From the NCBI GenBank assembly GCA_031409655.1, contig JANNXQ010000194.1, positions 15,192-79,191 on the forward strand: DNA of 64,000 nt, in the 5' to 3' direction. Position 1 is the stretch's first letter. Every line of letters begins with the position of its first letter. Below are positions 27,449 through 37,844 of the stretch, one piece after another. Source of the stretch: Chthoniobacteraceae bacterium. GTDB lineage: Bacteria; Verrucomicrobiota; Verrucomicrobiia; Chthoniobacterales; Chthoniobacteraceae. Below the pieces are notes generated by a model. It saw nothing but the letters and a program-made list of their open reading frames with translations. It did no database searches and was not told where the DNA came from. The position numbers and the translations under genes are program-made.

Positions 27449-28495
27449 TCATCCCAAGCGCGCAGAACGTCCGGTGCGGGCGGATTCGTAGATCGCGAGG
27501 ATGAGGGAAACGGAACGGCGGGCGTCGGCGCCGGGGATCATCGGCGGACGGCCGTCGCGCAAGGCGCGGGCGAGATCTTCGACGAGCAGGCGGTGGCCTT
27601 CGTTGCTCATCGCGCGCGGATCGCCGGCTCCGGTCTTGATCACCGCTCCGGGTTCTTCGCGCATCGCGTCGTCGTCGCCGTCCTGCTTCTCGGCGAAATC
27701 CCAGCGGACGATCTTGTCATTCGTGAGCGCGGCGCTGCCCCGGTCGCCCATGATCTCGATGCGAAAATCGGTGCCGGGCCATGCGGAGGTCGCGGCTTCG
27801 ACGACGCCGAGAGCGCCGCTCGGATAGCGCAAGGCGGCAGCGACGGTGTCCTCGGCCTCCATGCCCGGATGAGCGAGCGTGGCGGCGAAGGCGGACACTT
27901 CTTCCGGAAGCCCGACGAGCCACTGGAGAAGATCCACGGCGTGAATGCCTTGATTGATGAGCGCGCCGCCACCGTCGAGCTTCCAGGTCCCTTTCCAATT
28001 CGAAGACTGGTAGTATTCCTGCGAGCGCCACCATTTGACGTAAGCGCTGCACAGGGTAAGGCGGCCAAACCGCCCGGCGTCGATCGCGGCCTTGAGCCGC
28101 CGCGCGCCGCGGCCGAAACGCATCTGGAAGACGCCGGCGAGGACTCCACCTCCGCGTTCAGCGGCGGCGAGGATACGATCGAGAGCAGCGAGGCTCACTT
28201 CCATCGGCTTCTCGACGAGCACCGCTTTGCCCGCTTCGAGCAAGGGCACCGCGGCTTCCGCGTGCGCGCCGCTCGGCGTGGTGATGCAGACGGCGCGGAT
28301 CTCGGGATCAGCGACGATCTCCGCGACGCTCGCGACGGCGCGGCAGCCGTGTTTTTCCGCAAAGGCGCGGCGTCCTTCTTCGCCCCGCGCATAAACGGCC
28401 ACGAGGCGCGCTTCCGGCACCGCGGCGACGGCGAGGGCGTGAATGTCGGCGATCATGCCCGCGCCGACGATGGCGAATCCGATGCGCTCACTCAT
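27449..28495 (-). CDS. Gfo/Idh/MocA oxidoreductase
   Basis: VGAGMIA, TPSGAH, VLVEKP, GGGALINQGIHAVD. Confidence 0.92.
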   Translation of the reverse strand: MSERIGFAIVGAGMIADIHALAVAAVPEARLVAVYARGEEGRRAFAEKHGCRAVASVAEIVADPEIRAVCITTPSGAHAEAAVPLLEAGKAVLVEKPMEVSLAALDRILAAAERGGGVLAGVFQMRFGRGARRLKAAIDAGRFGRLTLCSAYVKWWRSQEYYQSSNWKGTWKLDGGGALINQGIHAVDLLQWLVGLPEEVSAFAATLAHPGMEAEDTVAAALRYPSGALGVVEAATSAWPGTDFRIEIMGDRGSAALTNDKIVRWDFAEKQDGDDDAMREEPGAVIKTGAGDPRAMSNEGHRLLVEDLARALRDGRPPMIPGADARRSVSLILAIYESARTGRSARLG

Positions 28496-28502
28496 GGGCG
28501 TT

Positions 28503-28564
28503 CAAGGAGTCGGGGCGCCCTCGCCCCGCGGATCATCTGGGGGCGGGGGCGCCCCTGCTCCTTG
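28503..28564. repeat. REP-like intergenic hairpin
   Basis: CAAGGAGTCGGGGCGCCCTCGCCCC ... GGGGCGGGGGCGCCCCTGCTCCTTG. Confidence 0.55.
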
Positions 28565-28580
28565 GTTTCGCGGCGACGCC

Positions 28581-29348
28581 TCATGCGAGTTTGCTCGCGG
28601 CGGCGGCGTCGATGTGGAGCACGGCGTTCGGGTGCTGACGCAGGATGGACGCCGGGCACGCGGTCTCGACGGGACCGAGGAGCGTGGCGTGCACGGCCTG
28701 CGCCTTGCGTTCGCCAGGGACGACGCAGGAGATCGCACGCGCTCCGAACAAGGCCGGCAGCGTGAGCGTGAGCGCGTGCGTGGGCACGGCGGTCATCTTC
28801 GCGAAGCAGCCATCGTTCACCTGCTGCTGCCGGCAGGTGTCGTCGAGTTCCACGACCTTGATGATCTCGCGATCCTCGAAGTCCGCGACGGGTGGATCGT
28901 TGAAAGCGAGGTGGCCGTTTTCGCCGATGCCCATGCAGACGAGGTCGATCGGCTTGGCGCGCAGGAGCTGCGCATAGCGCTCGCACTCCTGCGGGAGCGA
29001 GGGCGCTTCGCCGCGGATGGCGTGAAAGGCCTTGGGCCGCGGGATGGCGTCCAGCAGATGGCCGCGCAGGTAATGGCGGAAACTTTGCTCGTGGCTGGCG
29101 CTGAGGCCCACGTATTCATCCATGTGAAAAGCGACGACCTGCGGCCAGGCGACCGCGGGCGGCTGCGCGACGAGGGCCGCGAGGAATTCATTCTGCGAAG
29201 GCGCGCAGGCAAAGATGACTCGCGCCTCACCGCGCGCGGCGATGGCGGCGGCGATGACCTCCCGCACGTGCTCCGCGGCAGCCTGGCCCAGCGACTCGCG
29301 GTCGGGATACTGCTGGACGCGGAGGTGATCGTAGGTGGCCGATTTCAT
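28581..29348 (-). CDS. nagB: Glucosamine-6-phosphate deaminase
   Basis: AFHMDEYVG, GIGENGHLAFNDP, CRQQQVNDG, ACPASILRQH; coupled to nagA. Confidence 0.88.
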   Translation of the reverse strand: MKSATYDHLRVQQYPDRESLGQAAAEHVREVIAAAIAARGEARVIFACAPSQNEFLAALVAQPPAVAWPQVVAFHMDEYVGLSASHEQSFRHYLRGHLLDAIPRPKAFHAIRGEAPSLPQECERYAQLLRAKPIDLVCMGIGENGHLAFNDPPVADFEDREIIKVVELDDTCRQQQVNDGCFAKMTAVPTHALTLTLPALFGARAISCVVPGERKAQAVHATLLGPVETACPASILRQHPNAVLHIDAAAASKLA

Positions 29349-30289
29349 GGCAAAGGGTTCGGGAGCGTGGGGAGGTCGATGCGGAAACACCGGGCGACTT
29401 CGGTGGAGAGCAGAGCGCGGGCTTCCCCGGGTGGCAAGCCCAGCCAGCGCGCGGCATTGCGCACGCCATCGTCGGGCGCGAGACAGGATCCGGCGAAATT
29501 TTCCGCACCTGGTTTGCGGACCACTCCGCCGCGGGATTCCACCTCGAGTGCGCCGACGCGGTAGCGGCCCTCGGGGGCGCCGGCGGCGGCCATCGCGTCG
29601 GTGGTGAGGAGGACTTTGCCGCGGGGCTTTGCGCGGAAAAAATTGCGCAGCGTGAAAGGCGGGAGATGCACGCCATCGGGGATGAAGCAGGCGGTGAGTT
29701 CATCGCGCGCGAGCAGGCGTTGCATGACGTTGTCGTGGCGTGGGAGATTTGCGGGCACGCCATTGCCGACGTGGGTGCAAAGCGTGGCCCCGGCGCGGAT
29801 AGCCGCGTCGATCTGCGGCTCGGAGGCATCGGTGTGGCCGAGGGAAATGACGACGCCTTGCGCCACTGCGGCGGCGATGAATTCCACGCTGCCAGGCCAC
29901 TCCGGGGCGATCGTCACGAGGCGGATGTTTCCGCCCGCGGCGTCCTGCAGCCGCGCCAGGTCGCCGAGCGAAGGGGGGCACATTTTGTCCGCCGGATGCG
30001 CGCCGCAGAAACCGGGCAGCGCGCTGAGCCACGGGCCTTCGAGGTGATAGCCGCAGACCGTCTCCGCGACGATGGGATCCGCGCGGCGGAACTCTTCGAT
30101 GCGGGAAAATTTTACGCACAGCGCGTCGATGTCGTCCGTGATGAGCGTGAGCAGAATGCGCAGCGTCTCATGCGCACGGAGGCCATCGATGGCGCGACGC
30201 AAGTCCGCCTGCGCGAGATCCGGCTGCTGGAAATCCACGCCGGCGAATCCATTGACCTGAAGGTCGAAGAGCGAGGGCTGGGAGGACAT
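29345..30289 (-). CDS. nagA: N-acetylglucosamine-6-phosphate deacetylase
   Basis: DLQVNGFAGVDF, HLEGPW, TIAPE, SLGHT, THVGNG, PDGVH, TDAMAAAG. Confidence 0.9.
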   Translation of the reverse strand: MSSQPSLFDLQVNGFAGVDFQQPDLAQADLRRAIDGLRAHETLRILLTLITDDIDALCVKFSRIEEFRRADPIVAETVCGYHLEGPWLSALPGFCGAHPADKMCPPSLGDLARLQDAAGGNIRLVTIAPEWPGSVEFIAAAVAQGVVISLGHTDASEPQIDAAIRAGATLCTHVGNGVPANLPRHDNVMQRLLARDELTACFIPDGVHLPPFTLRNFFRAKPRGKVLLTTDAMAAAGAPEGRYRVGALEVESRGGVVRKPGAENFAGSCLAPDDGVRNAARWLGLPPGEARALLSTEVARCFRIDLPTLPNPLP

Positions 30290-30350
30290 CGGAGTCGGAC
30301 AGGAGACTCGCCGAGATGGAGCTTCGTCAAGCCAGGACGGGAAGCGCGCC

Positions 30351-30884
30351 TCAGAAGCAGCACTTCACCCACCCCGGATCGACCTTCACCAGCACCAGCC
30401 CATCTCTGCTGTGTGCGAACCACGCTTTGGCTCCCATTCGTCCATGGCACATCCCTCCAGTTTCGAAATAGACCTCGTATCCCGTTTCACTTCGTCTGCA
30501 AAGCAATCTCACGGTAAGAAATTGCTTCGTCCTACGACTTCCATCCCGGATCCCGTAACCACACTCAAATTCGTGCTCGGTGCTCTGCGTTTCCGTCAGT
30601 TGGCGCGTTGCAATCTCATAGAGGAACCGCCGAACGCCTGTTTTCTCGTCACTACAGAACACCCACACCATTCCATCGGATTCCGCAGTTATCCGCCGGA
30701 GTGCCTTTTCGGACCAAAACCCACGATCGCGTTGCAATCTGCGAACAACCGTTTTCTCCGGTAACTCCGAATGATAAATCCAGTTCAGGATTGGTTTGAC
30801 CATCCGCTCCGATTCAACGCTCCCATCTTCACCGAAACCCGGCACAACGGGAAAAGGAAGAAGGCAAACGATGAGAACGCGCAT
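30351..30884 (-). CDS. Hypothetical protein, AT-richer, possibly exported
   Basis: Hydrophobic N-terminus MRVLIVCLLPFPVVPG; fills the gap between gltA and nagA. Confidence 0.45.
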   Translation of the reverse strand: MRVLIVCLLPFPVVPGFGEDGSVESERMVKPILNWIYHSELPEKTVVRRLQRDRGFWSEKALRRITAESDGMVWVFCSDEKTGVRRFLYEIATRQLTETQSTEHEFECGYGIRDGSRRTKQFLTVRLLCRRSETGYEVYFETGGMCHGRMGAKAWFAHSRDGLVLVKVDPGWVKCCF

Positions 30885-31053
30885 CCCGAGGCCTTCTCCC
30901 ATGCGCGCCCGATAGCGCCCGAGTTTCGAAGGGCGCTTTGATCGATCTGTTTCACACGGAAAGCTGGGGAGAGATCCCATACGCTGTGTAGAGCTTTAAG
31001 TGTGCGCGTTCTCGAACCTCCGCCCGCTTCCCTCTGGACCCACCCACCACGAG

Positions 31054-32178
31054 CTACCGCTCGTCGATGTGCAGCACTTTCTTCCCGACCTCGTGGCCGA
31101 CGTACTGGCTGAGCGGGCGGAAGAGGCGGTTGTCGGCGAGCTGCTCGAGGACGTGAGCGGTCCAGCCGCTCATGCGTGAGATGGCGAAGATCGGCGTGAA
31201 CAAATCCGTGGGGATGCCGAGCGAGTAATAGACGGTGGCGCTGTAGAAATCGACGTTCGCATTCAGCCCCTTCTTTTCCTTCATGATCGCGGCAATGCGC
31301 TCGCTCATCTGGATCCATTTCGCTTCCCCGAGCTGGTTGCTGAGCTTGATGGCCATCGCCTTGAGATGCGGCGCGCGCGGATCGAGCACTTTGTACACGC
31401 GGTGGCCGATGCCCATGATCTTCTTCTTCTGCGCCAGCGCGTCGGCAAGCCACGCATCCACATTTTCCGGCGCGCCGATTTCTTCGAGCATGTGGATCAC
31501 GCCTTCATTCGCCCCACCGTGGAGCGGGCCTTTCAGCGCCCCGATGCCGGCGCTGATCGCGGAGTACATGTCGCTCAGCGTGCTGGCGACAACGCGGCAG
31601 GTGAAAGTGCTGGCATTGAAGCCGTGCTCGGCGTGGAGCACGTAGGCGACGTCCAGCGTCTGGACGGCGTCGGCGTGCGGCTCTTCGCCGGTCATGAGCC
31701 AGAGAAAGTGCGCGGCTTCGCTGAGATCGGTGCGGATCGGCGGCAATGGCTGGCCGGTGCGCGCGCGATGGAAATAGGCCGCGATCACACCGATCTGGGC
31801 GACGAGCTTGATCGCGATCTGATTATTCTCCGGCATGTCGAGCCCAGGCCGGATGGTGCGGAAGCAGCCCAGCATCGAGACGGCGGTGCGCATGACGTCG
31901 ATCGGCACGGCATCCTTCGGCGCGCTGGTGATGAAGTCGATAACGCCCTTTGGCAACTGCCGCTCGGCGCGCAATGCAGTGGTCAGTTGCTTGAGCTCGC
32001 TGCTGGAGGGCAGCCGATTGTGCCAGAGCAGATGCACGACCTCTTCGTAGCTCACCTTGCCGGCCAGTTCGTTAATGTCGTAGCCGCAGTAAATGAGCTG
32101 GCCGATGTCGCCGCGCACGTCTCCGATTCGGGTTTCCGCGGCGATGATTCCTTCGAGACCTCTGGCGATGACAGGCAT
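31054..32178 (-). CDS. gltA: Citrate synthase
   Basis: GLEGI, LHAEHGFNASTF, GPLHGGANE, MGIGHRVYK, NVDFYS, SRMSGWTAH. Confidence 0.95.
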   Translation of the reverse strand: MPVIARGLEGIIAAETRIGDVRGDIGQLIYCGYDINELAGKVSYEEVVHLLWHNRLPSSSELKQLTTALRAERQLPKGVIDFITSAPKDAVPIDVMRTAVSMLGCFRTIRPGLDMPENNQIAIKLVAQIGVIAAYFHRARTGQPLPPIRTDLSEAAHFLWLMTGEEPHADAVQTLDVAYVLHAEHGFNASTFTCRVVASTLSDMYSAISAGIGALKGPLHGGANEGVIHMLEEIGAPENVDAWLADALAQKKKIMGIGHRVYKVLDPRAPHLKAMAIKLSNQLGEAKWIQMSERIAAIMKEKKGLNANVDFYSATVYYSLGIPTDLFTPIFAISRMSGWTAHVLEQLADNRLFRPLSQYVGHEVGKKVLHIDER

Positions 32179-32184
32179 GGGTGG

Positions 32185-32226
32185 TTCGGATTTCAGATTG
32201 TGGATTTCAGATTTCAGAATTCAGAA
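32185..32226. repeat. Six tandem heptamers (TTCAGAT-like)
   Basis: ttcggat ttcagat tgtggat ttcagat ttcagaa ttcagaa, just upstream of the gltA start. Confidence 0.8.
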
Positions 32227-32268
32227 AGATAACGCTCGCGCAAGTGCCTGGACGCTGGTGAGCCAGCT

Positions 32269-33180
32269 TCATTTACCCCAGTGCTTGAGCAAAGTCTCCG
32301 CCATCACGGATGGCGTGGGCGCGACGGCGATGCCGGCGGCCTTGAGCGCGTCGATCTTGCCCTGCGCCGTGCCTTTTCCTCCGCTGACGATGGCGCCCGC
32401 GTGGCCCATGCGGCGCCCCGGCGGCGCGGTGGCCCCGGCGATGAAGGCGGCGATGGGCTTCTTGCAATGCTTCGCGGCCCACGCTGCGGCTTGCTCTTCC
32501 GCTTCGCCGCCGATCTCGCCGATCATGATGATGGCCTCGGTCGCCGGGTCGTCGTTAAAGATTTGCAGCACATCGAGGTGCGAGGTGCCATTCACCGGAT
32601 CGCCGCCGATGCCGACGCAGGTCGATTGCCCGTAGCCGCGCGAAGTGAGCTGCCAAACGGCTTCATAAGTCAGCGTGCCGCTGCGCGAGACGACGCCCAC
32701 ATTGCCCTGCTGGTGAATGTAACCGGGCGCGATGCCAATGCGGCAGCCGCCATGCGATTTGTCGCCCGTGCCGGGAGTCACCACGCCTGGGCAGTTCGGT
32801 CCGATGAGCCGCGTCTTGCCGCCGCCGGTCTTCAGCGCGTGCTTCACTTTCACCATGTCGTTGACCGGGATTCCTTCGGTGATCGCGACCACGAGTTCGA
32901 GGCCGGCGTCCACCCCTTCGAGGATCGCATCCGCGGCAAAGGGCGGCGGCACAAAGACCGCGCTGGCTTGCGCGCCGGTCTCTTTCACAGCTTCGCCCAC
33001 GGTGTCGAAGATCGGCACCCGCACGCCCGCGTGCTCAAAAAATTGTCCGCCCTTGCCCGGCGTGACACCGGCCACGATCGCGGTCCCGTATTCGATGGAA
33101 AGCTGCGCATGCTTCGCACCGAAGCTGCCGGTGATGCCTTGAATGACGACGCGGGTGGATGGAGTGACGAGGATAGCCAT
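32269..33180 (-). CDS. sucD: Succinyl-CoA synthetase alpha subunit
   Basis: [49 protein letters not shown]. Confidence 0.97.
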   Translation of the reverse strand: MAILVTPSTRVVIQGITGSFGAKHAQLSIEYGTAIVAGVTPGKGGQFFEHAGVRVPIFDTVGEAVKETGAQASAVFVPPPFAADAILEGVDAGLELVVAITEGIPVNDMVKVKHALKTGGGKTRLIGPNCPGVVTPGTGDKSHGGCRIGIAPGYIHQQGNVGVVSRSGTLTYEAVWQLTSRGYGQSTCVGIGGDPVNGTSHLDVLQIFNDDPATEAIIMIGEIGGEAEEQAAAWAAKHCKKPIAAFIAGATAPPGRRMGHAGAIVSGGKGTAQGKIDALKAAGIAVAPTPSVMAETLLKHWGK

Positions 33181-33194
33181 GGAAAAAAGTGGGC

Positions 33195-33572
33195 CTAGTG
33201 GTGGCCGGGGTTGCGCTGGTGGATGCAGAGCGTATTGCCCTCGGGGTCGAGGATGAATGCCATGCGGCAAACTGGGGTGGGGAAAGGCTCCATCTTAAAG
33301 GTCACGCCCCGCGCCTTGAGCTCCGTGATCGCCGCGTCGAAGTCTTCCATTTCAAAAGCGATGCTCGCGCCGTCCGCGCTCGGATTCCAACCGGGCGCTT
33401 TGCCGAGCGAAAACGCACCGCCACCGAGCTCGTATTCCGTCCAGGCAGAACCCTCCGGGGACTCGTGAACCATGGTCGGCACCAGCCCGATCACCTTCTC
33501 GTAAAACTCCCGCGCCCGCGCCATCTCCTGCACGGGATAGCAAGTGAATGCGAATTCGGTGACTTTGATCAT
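33195..33572 (-). CDS. VOC/glyoxalase family protein
   Basis: [30 protein letters not shown]. Confidence 0.88.
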   Translation of the reverse strand: MIKVTEFAFTCYPVQEMARAREFYEKVIGLVPTMVHESPEGSAWTEYELGGGAFSLGKAPGWNPSADGASIAFEMEDFDAAITELKARGVTFKMEPFPTPVCRMAFILDPEGNTLCIHQRNPGHH

Positions 33573-33590
33573 GGAAGGAGGTGGGATTGG

Positions 33591-33887
33591 CTATGCTCGC
33601 CGCTGCCAGCGCGAGGGGTGACGCGCGCCGTGAACAAGGGCCGCGACACAGACTTCTTCGCCGTTCACGCGATAGAAGATCAAGTAAGGGAATCGATCGA
33701 GCTTTAATCGACGCAAGCCGCGATAGACCACGCGTTGCCTCACGGGTGCCGCCAGGATTTCCTCGAGGCACGCGATCACGGCATCGTGGAACTCCGCCCC
33801 GAGCCCGGCTCGCTGATTCTCATACCAGTCGCGGGCGAATTGCGCATCGATCTCCGCACCGGGACGTAGAACCAGCCGACCGCTCAT
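33591..33887 (-). CDS. RelE/ParE-family toxin
   Basis: AEIDAQFARDWYENQRAGLGAEF, RRLKLDRFPYLIFYRV, LVHGARHP; ATGA overlap with the antitoxin. Confidence 0.88.
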   Translation of the reverse strand: MSGRLVLRPGAEIDAQFARDWYENQRAGLGAEFHDAVIACLEEILAAPVRQRVVYRGLRRLKLDRFPYLIFYRVNGEEVCVAALVHGARHPSRWQRRA

Positions 33888-34111
33888 TCCGTCCGTTTGA
33901 ACCGCCGCTTGAACTCCTCGAACGAAATGCCCGCCCCAGGATTGCGCTCCATTTCGTCGATGCGCTCGTCGAGCATCACCTTCAACTCGTCGGACAATTC
34001 CTCGTCGTCTCCCGGAAGCAGCGACTCCCAAAGTCTCTCGGCCAATTCCGCCCGCTCCGGCGGAGGGAGCTGTTCGGCTTTGCGGAGGAGGTCGGTGGCT
34101 TCGGCAGTCAT
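33884..34111 (-). CDS. Addiction-module antitoxin (TIGR02574-like)
   Basis: LPPPERAELAERLWESL...LDERI...GISFEE. Confidence 0.88.
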   Translation of the reverse strand: MTAEATDLLRKAEQLPPPERAELAERLWESLLPGDDEELSDELKVMLDERIDEMERNPGAGISFEEFKRRFKRTE

Positions 34112-34121
34112 GGCAGGTATT

Positions 34122-35306
34122 CTATGCGGCTTTCACCGCCGCGACAATCTTCTCCGCAGCGTCCGCGAGGTCGCTCGCACCGATGACGGCGAGACCGCTC
34201 GTGGCCAGGGTTTTCTTGCCCGCTTCGACGTTGTTGCCTTCGAGGCGCACTACGAGCGGGATGTTGAGGTGCGTTTCGCGGGCGGCCGCGAGGATGCCGT
34301 TGGCGATCACGTCGCAATCCATGATGCCGCCGAAGATGTTCACGAGGATGCCTTTCACGTTGGCGTCGCCGAGGATGATTTTGAAAGCCGCCGCGACCTG
34401 CTCCCTGGTGGCGCCGCCGCCGACGTCGAGGAAGTTCGCCGGCCGGCCGCCCGCATACTGGATGATGTCCATGGTGGACATGGCGAGGCCGGCGCCATTG
34501 ACGAGACAGGCGATGTCGCCATCGAGCCCGATGTAGTTGAGCGAAAATTCCGACGCGGCGACTTCCCGCGGATCTTCTTCACTCTTGTCGCGCAGGGCCA
34601 CGATGGTGGGCTGCCGGTAGAGCGCGTTGTCGTCGAAGTTAAACTTTGCATCGAGCGCGAGCAGGCGGCCATCGGGCGTGACGACGAGCGGGTTCACTTC
34701 GATCTGCGCACAATCGCGGGCGATGAAGAGCTGGTACATCGCGCTGAAAAGTTTGCCAGCTTGGCCGAGCAGCGGGCCGCTCAGACCGAGCGCCTTCGCG
34801 AGCTTGCGCGTCTGGAAGGCTTGCAAGCCGAGCAATGGATGCACGGGCTCGCGCATGATTTTTTCCGGCGTGTGTTCGGCCACTTCCTCGATATCCATGC
34901 CGCCCGCGGTGCTCGCGATGACGACTGGCGCGGAGCTGTTCCGATCGAGCAGGATGGCAAAGTAAAGTTCGCGGGTGATATCCACGGCCTCGGCGATGAG
35001 CACCTTGCTCACGAGTTTGCCGTCCGGTCCGGTCTGATGCGTGACGAGCGTCTGCCCGAGCATTTTCGCCGCAAAATCGCGCGCCTGCTCGGCGGTGTCG
35101 CAGATATGCACGCCGCCTTTGAAGCCGTTCTTAAAGGTGCCTTTGCCGCGTCCACCGGCGTGGATCTGCGCCTTCACCGCAATCTGGCCCGGGATGCCGC
35201 GGGCGATTTCAAAGGCTTCGTCCGCCGTGTTGGCGACGCGCCCTTTCGAGGTGGCGACGCCGAATTGCTCGAAGAGTTCGCGGGCCTGGTATTCGTGGAT
35301 GTTCAT
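34122..35306 (-). CDS. sucC: Succinyl-CoA synthetase beta subunit
   Basis: [61 protein letters not shown]. Confidence 0.97.
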   Translation of the reverse strand: MNIHEYQARELFEQFGVATSKGRVANTADEAFEIARGIPGQIAVKAQIHAGGRGKGTFKNGFKGGVHICDTAEQARDFAAKMLGQTLVTHQTGPDGKLVSKVLIAEAVDITRELYFAILLDRNSSAPVVIASTAGGMDIEEVAEHTPEKIMREPVHPLLGLQAFQTRKLAKALGLSGPLLGQAGKLFSAMYQLFIARDCAQIEVNPLVVTPDGRLLALDAKFNFDDNALYRQPTIVALRDKSEEDPREVAASEFSLNYIGLDGDIACLVNGAGLAMSTMDIIQYAGGRPANFLDVGGGATREQVAAAFKIILGDANVKGILVNIFGGIMDCDVIANGILAAARETHLNIPLVVRLEGNNVEAGKKTLATSGLAVIGASDLADAAEKIVAAVKAA

Positions 35307-35310
35307 GGAA

Positions 35311-35409
35311 GAAGTTGAAAGTCGTTGGTGGGGCGTGGAGAGCGGCCGTTGGTTGCCAAGAGCGCTCGGCAACGCGAGGAGCGGCTCTTGACCATCCACT
35401 CTCAACTTC
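35311..35409. repeat. Imperfect intergenic palindrome upstream of sucC
   Basis: GAAGTTGAAAGT ... ACTCTCAACTTC arms with an inner TTGCC...GGCAA hairpin. Confidence 0.45.
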
Positions 35410-35413
35410 CCGG

Positions 35414-35959
35414 CTACCCGCCGCCGCTGCCGACGTATTCCGCGGAGTAAGTTTCAAACTTCGCGGTCGAGCCCACAGCGGGCGGGCTCTGGACGTCGTA
35501 AACGTTGTTGCCGACAACTTCGCCGGATTGGGTGTCGTAAATCATCACGGCCTTCTTGGCCTTCGGAGAAGTCTTCTCGTTCTTGACCGTGTCCACGGCG
35601 ATGTAGCGCGGCTTCTTTTTTGCCGCAGTCCTTTTGCTGCCACTACTGCCCGAGGGGCGCCGGGCGATCCGCGCCGAGGCGATTCGACCGCGCTGAGCGG
35701 CGACCTCCCGCTGCCGCGCATCGGCTTGATGCTTGGCGATGATGTAGGTCGTGATGGCCACCACCGCACCGACGGCCGCGCCCGTGGCGATGGATTCACC
35801 GGTGCTCATGCCCGCGTGGCGGGCGATGCTGCCCGCGAGGATGCCGGCTCCGCTGCCAAAGACGGCGGCGTTTTCACCCGGCGTCATATTAGCGCAGCCA
35901 GAGGCGGCGAGGGAAACGACGGTGAGCAGAGCGGCGGATTTGAGCGTGCCAGTTTTCAT
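35414..35959 (-). CDS. Glycine-zipper lipoprotein
   Basis: Lipobox [14 protein letters not shown]...GAAVGAVV. Confidence 0.75.
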   Translation of the reverse strand: MKTGTLKSAALLTVVSLAASGCANMTPGENAAVFGSGAGILAGSIARHAGMSTGESIATGAAVGAVVAITTYIIAKHQADARQREVAAQRGRIASARIARRPSGSSGSKRTAAKKKPRYIAVDTVKNEKTSPKAKKAVMIYDTQSGEVVGNNVYDVQSPPAVGSTAKFETYSAEYVGSGGG

Positions 35960-36064
35960 AGATGAGGAAGAACCTGATCTCTAGCCGCAGAGCCCCGACG
36001 GGCGCAAGAAAATGTCAGGAAAGAGTCCGCCGCTTCCCGTGCATCCTCTCCTTTTTTTGATCGA

Positions 36065-37780
36065 TCAAAAGGACGGCGGCGCTGGAGCGGCACTCGCAGC
36101 TTTCGGCGAGACGGGCACCGCCCGCGCTTTGGCCAGGAGTTCATCGAGTTGCTGCGCGCGAGCGAGTGTCGGCTCATTGGCCCGCCGCCGCGCCGCACAC
36201 GCGACCTGCACCGGGCCGAGCGCGTCGGCGAGATCTTCGGAAAACGTCTCGATCGTCCTGCGCAAGTGTTCCTCGACCTCGATCACCAAGGCCTCGCGCC
36301 GCGTGGTCGCGAAGCGGCGGAAATCCGCGAGGATCCGCCATTGCCAGAGAAAGTGCGCGATGATCGCCAGGCCGGCGATAAACGCGGTGCCGGCCAAGAC
36401 CCGGCCAAAGACGGGCAGCTCCGCGGCGGCGGAAAACGCCGTGAGCAGCACTCCGACGGCGATCGCAAATAGCGCCACCCGCAGCGTCGCGCCCGCGAGA
36501 AAGAAAAGCGCGTGCAGATGGCGATCCGTGCCCGCGTCGAGCGCGTGCCGCGCGAGCACCGACTGGAGATCGTCCCGCAAGTTCTGGCGGACGCCTTTGA
36601 AATCCGGCGGCTGCGGTCGCGGGCAATCCGCGATGGTCCGGCGGCGCTGCGTCTCGAGCTGCTCCCAGGCGAGCCGCTGCTCGGCTTCGATCGCCGCGAG
36701 CGTGGTGTCGGTCTCCGCCAGCACCGTTTCCCGCAAGGGTGTCTCCACGGTGTGCTCGAGATGCCCGCGCCACGCGCCTCCAGCGTTTAAGATCCCGGAC
36801 AGCGAGAGGTGCGGACGGAAGATTTCCTCGCCGCGTTTCTGCGCGGTCTCGAGCGTCTTCGAGAGCGACCAAAGGATGCCGCCCATTTGCCGCAGCGATT
36901 GCTCTTTGCGGTCTTCGATCAACTCATGCATCCCGGCGAGCAGCTTCCCGTCACGCGTGGCGGATTGCACGGCCTCGCGCGAGACCCCGCTGATCTCCTT
37001 CAAGATTTCCCGAGCCCGGCCGCGCGCGAAGTCCACCGGCGCCCGGCGCGAGAGGCCCTCGGCGACTTCGCGGTCGATGTATTGCTCGAGCTTTTCGATC
37101 CCCGAGGCGGCGAGGGCGGTAGGTTCACCGACGATCCGCGCGGCGAGGGCACCGCGAGTGTCGATGGGGAAGATGGGACACGCCACGCCGGGACGTTTGA
37201 GCATCGCCTGCCGCAAGGTTTTCGCGGCTTCCTCGAGCGAGCCGCCGCCGCTCCCATCGGCGATCAGCACCACGCGCTTGAGTTGCGACGGCTCGAAGCG
37301 GGCGAGGAGTTTCCACGAGCGAGCCGCATCTGGCTGGGCAGCGGAGAAGACGAAAAGGAGGAGATCCGCCGCCGTCACATACGGCGCGAGTTCCGGCGTG
37401 ATCTCGGAACGCAGGCCGATGCCGGGCGTATCCACCAGCGTGAAGTCCCGCAGGAAAAGATGCGCGTGCTGACGCTCGATCACCCCGGGCCGCAACTCGG
37501 TCCGCTGCGCATCGGTGCCGTGCCGATAGACCGTGATTTTTTCCGTCGCCGCCGGAGCATCCGTGAAATCGCGTCCAAAGAGCGCATTCAAGAGCGAAGA
37601 TTTTCCCGGCCGCCCGTCGCCCAGCGCGACGAAAAGGAACGGCTCACGCAGCCCATCTTGCAGCTCCTGCAATTCGGCGAGCGTCTCCGGCGCGGCTTGG
37701 CTCTCCTCCGCCAGACGGACGAGCGAGAAGAGCGCAGTGCCAACTTGCGCACGCAGCCGGATGTAGGCGTCGCCGAACAT
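36065..37780 (-). CDS. Bacterial dynamin-like GTPase
   Basis: FVALGDGRPGKSSLLNALFG (G1), LVDTPG (G3), helical stalk, paired hydrophobic segments near the C-terminus. Confidence 0.72.
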   Translation of the reverse strand: MFGDAYIRLRAQVGTALFSLVRLAEESQAAPETLAELQELQDGLREPFLFVALGDGRPGKSSLLNALFGRDFTDAPAATEKITVYRHGTDAQRTELRPGVIERQHAHLFLRDFTLVDTPGIGLRSEITPELAPYVTAADLLLFVFSAAQPDAARSWKLLARFEPSQLKRVVLIADGSGGGSLEEAAKTLRQAMLKRPGVACPIFPIDTRGALAARIVGEPTALAASGIEKLEQYIDREVAEGLSRRAPVDFARGRAREILKEISGVSREAVQSATRDGKLLAGMHELIEDRKEQSLRQMGGILWSLSKTLETAQKRGEEIFRPHLSLSGILNAGGAWRGHLEHTVETPLRETVLAETDTTLAAIEAEQRLAWEQLETQRRRTIADCPRPQPPDFKGVRQNLRDDLQSVLARHALDAGTDRHLHALFFLAGATLRVALFAIAVGVLLTAFSAAAELPVFGRVLAGTAFIAGLAIIAHFLWQWRILADFRRFATTRREALVIEVEEHLRRTIETFSEDLADALGPVQVACAARRRANEPTLARAQQLDELLAKARAVPVSPKAASAAPAPPSF

Positions 37781-37844
37781 GTAGGACAGTGGCTGACGTT
37801 AAAGCAGCGCACCGGGTTGCTTGTCCACGGAAGAAGTGCGGCCG

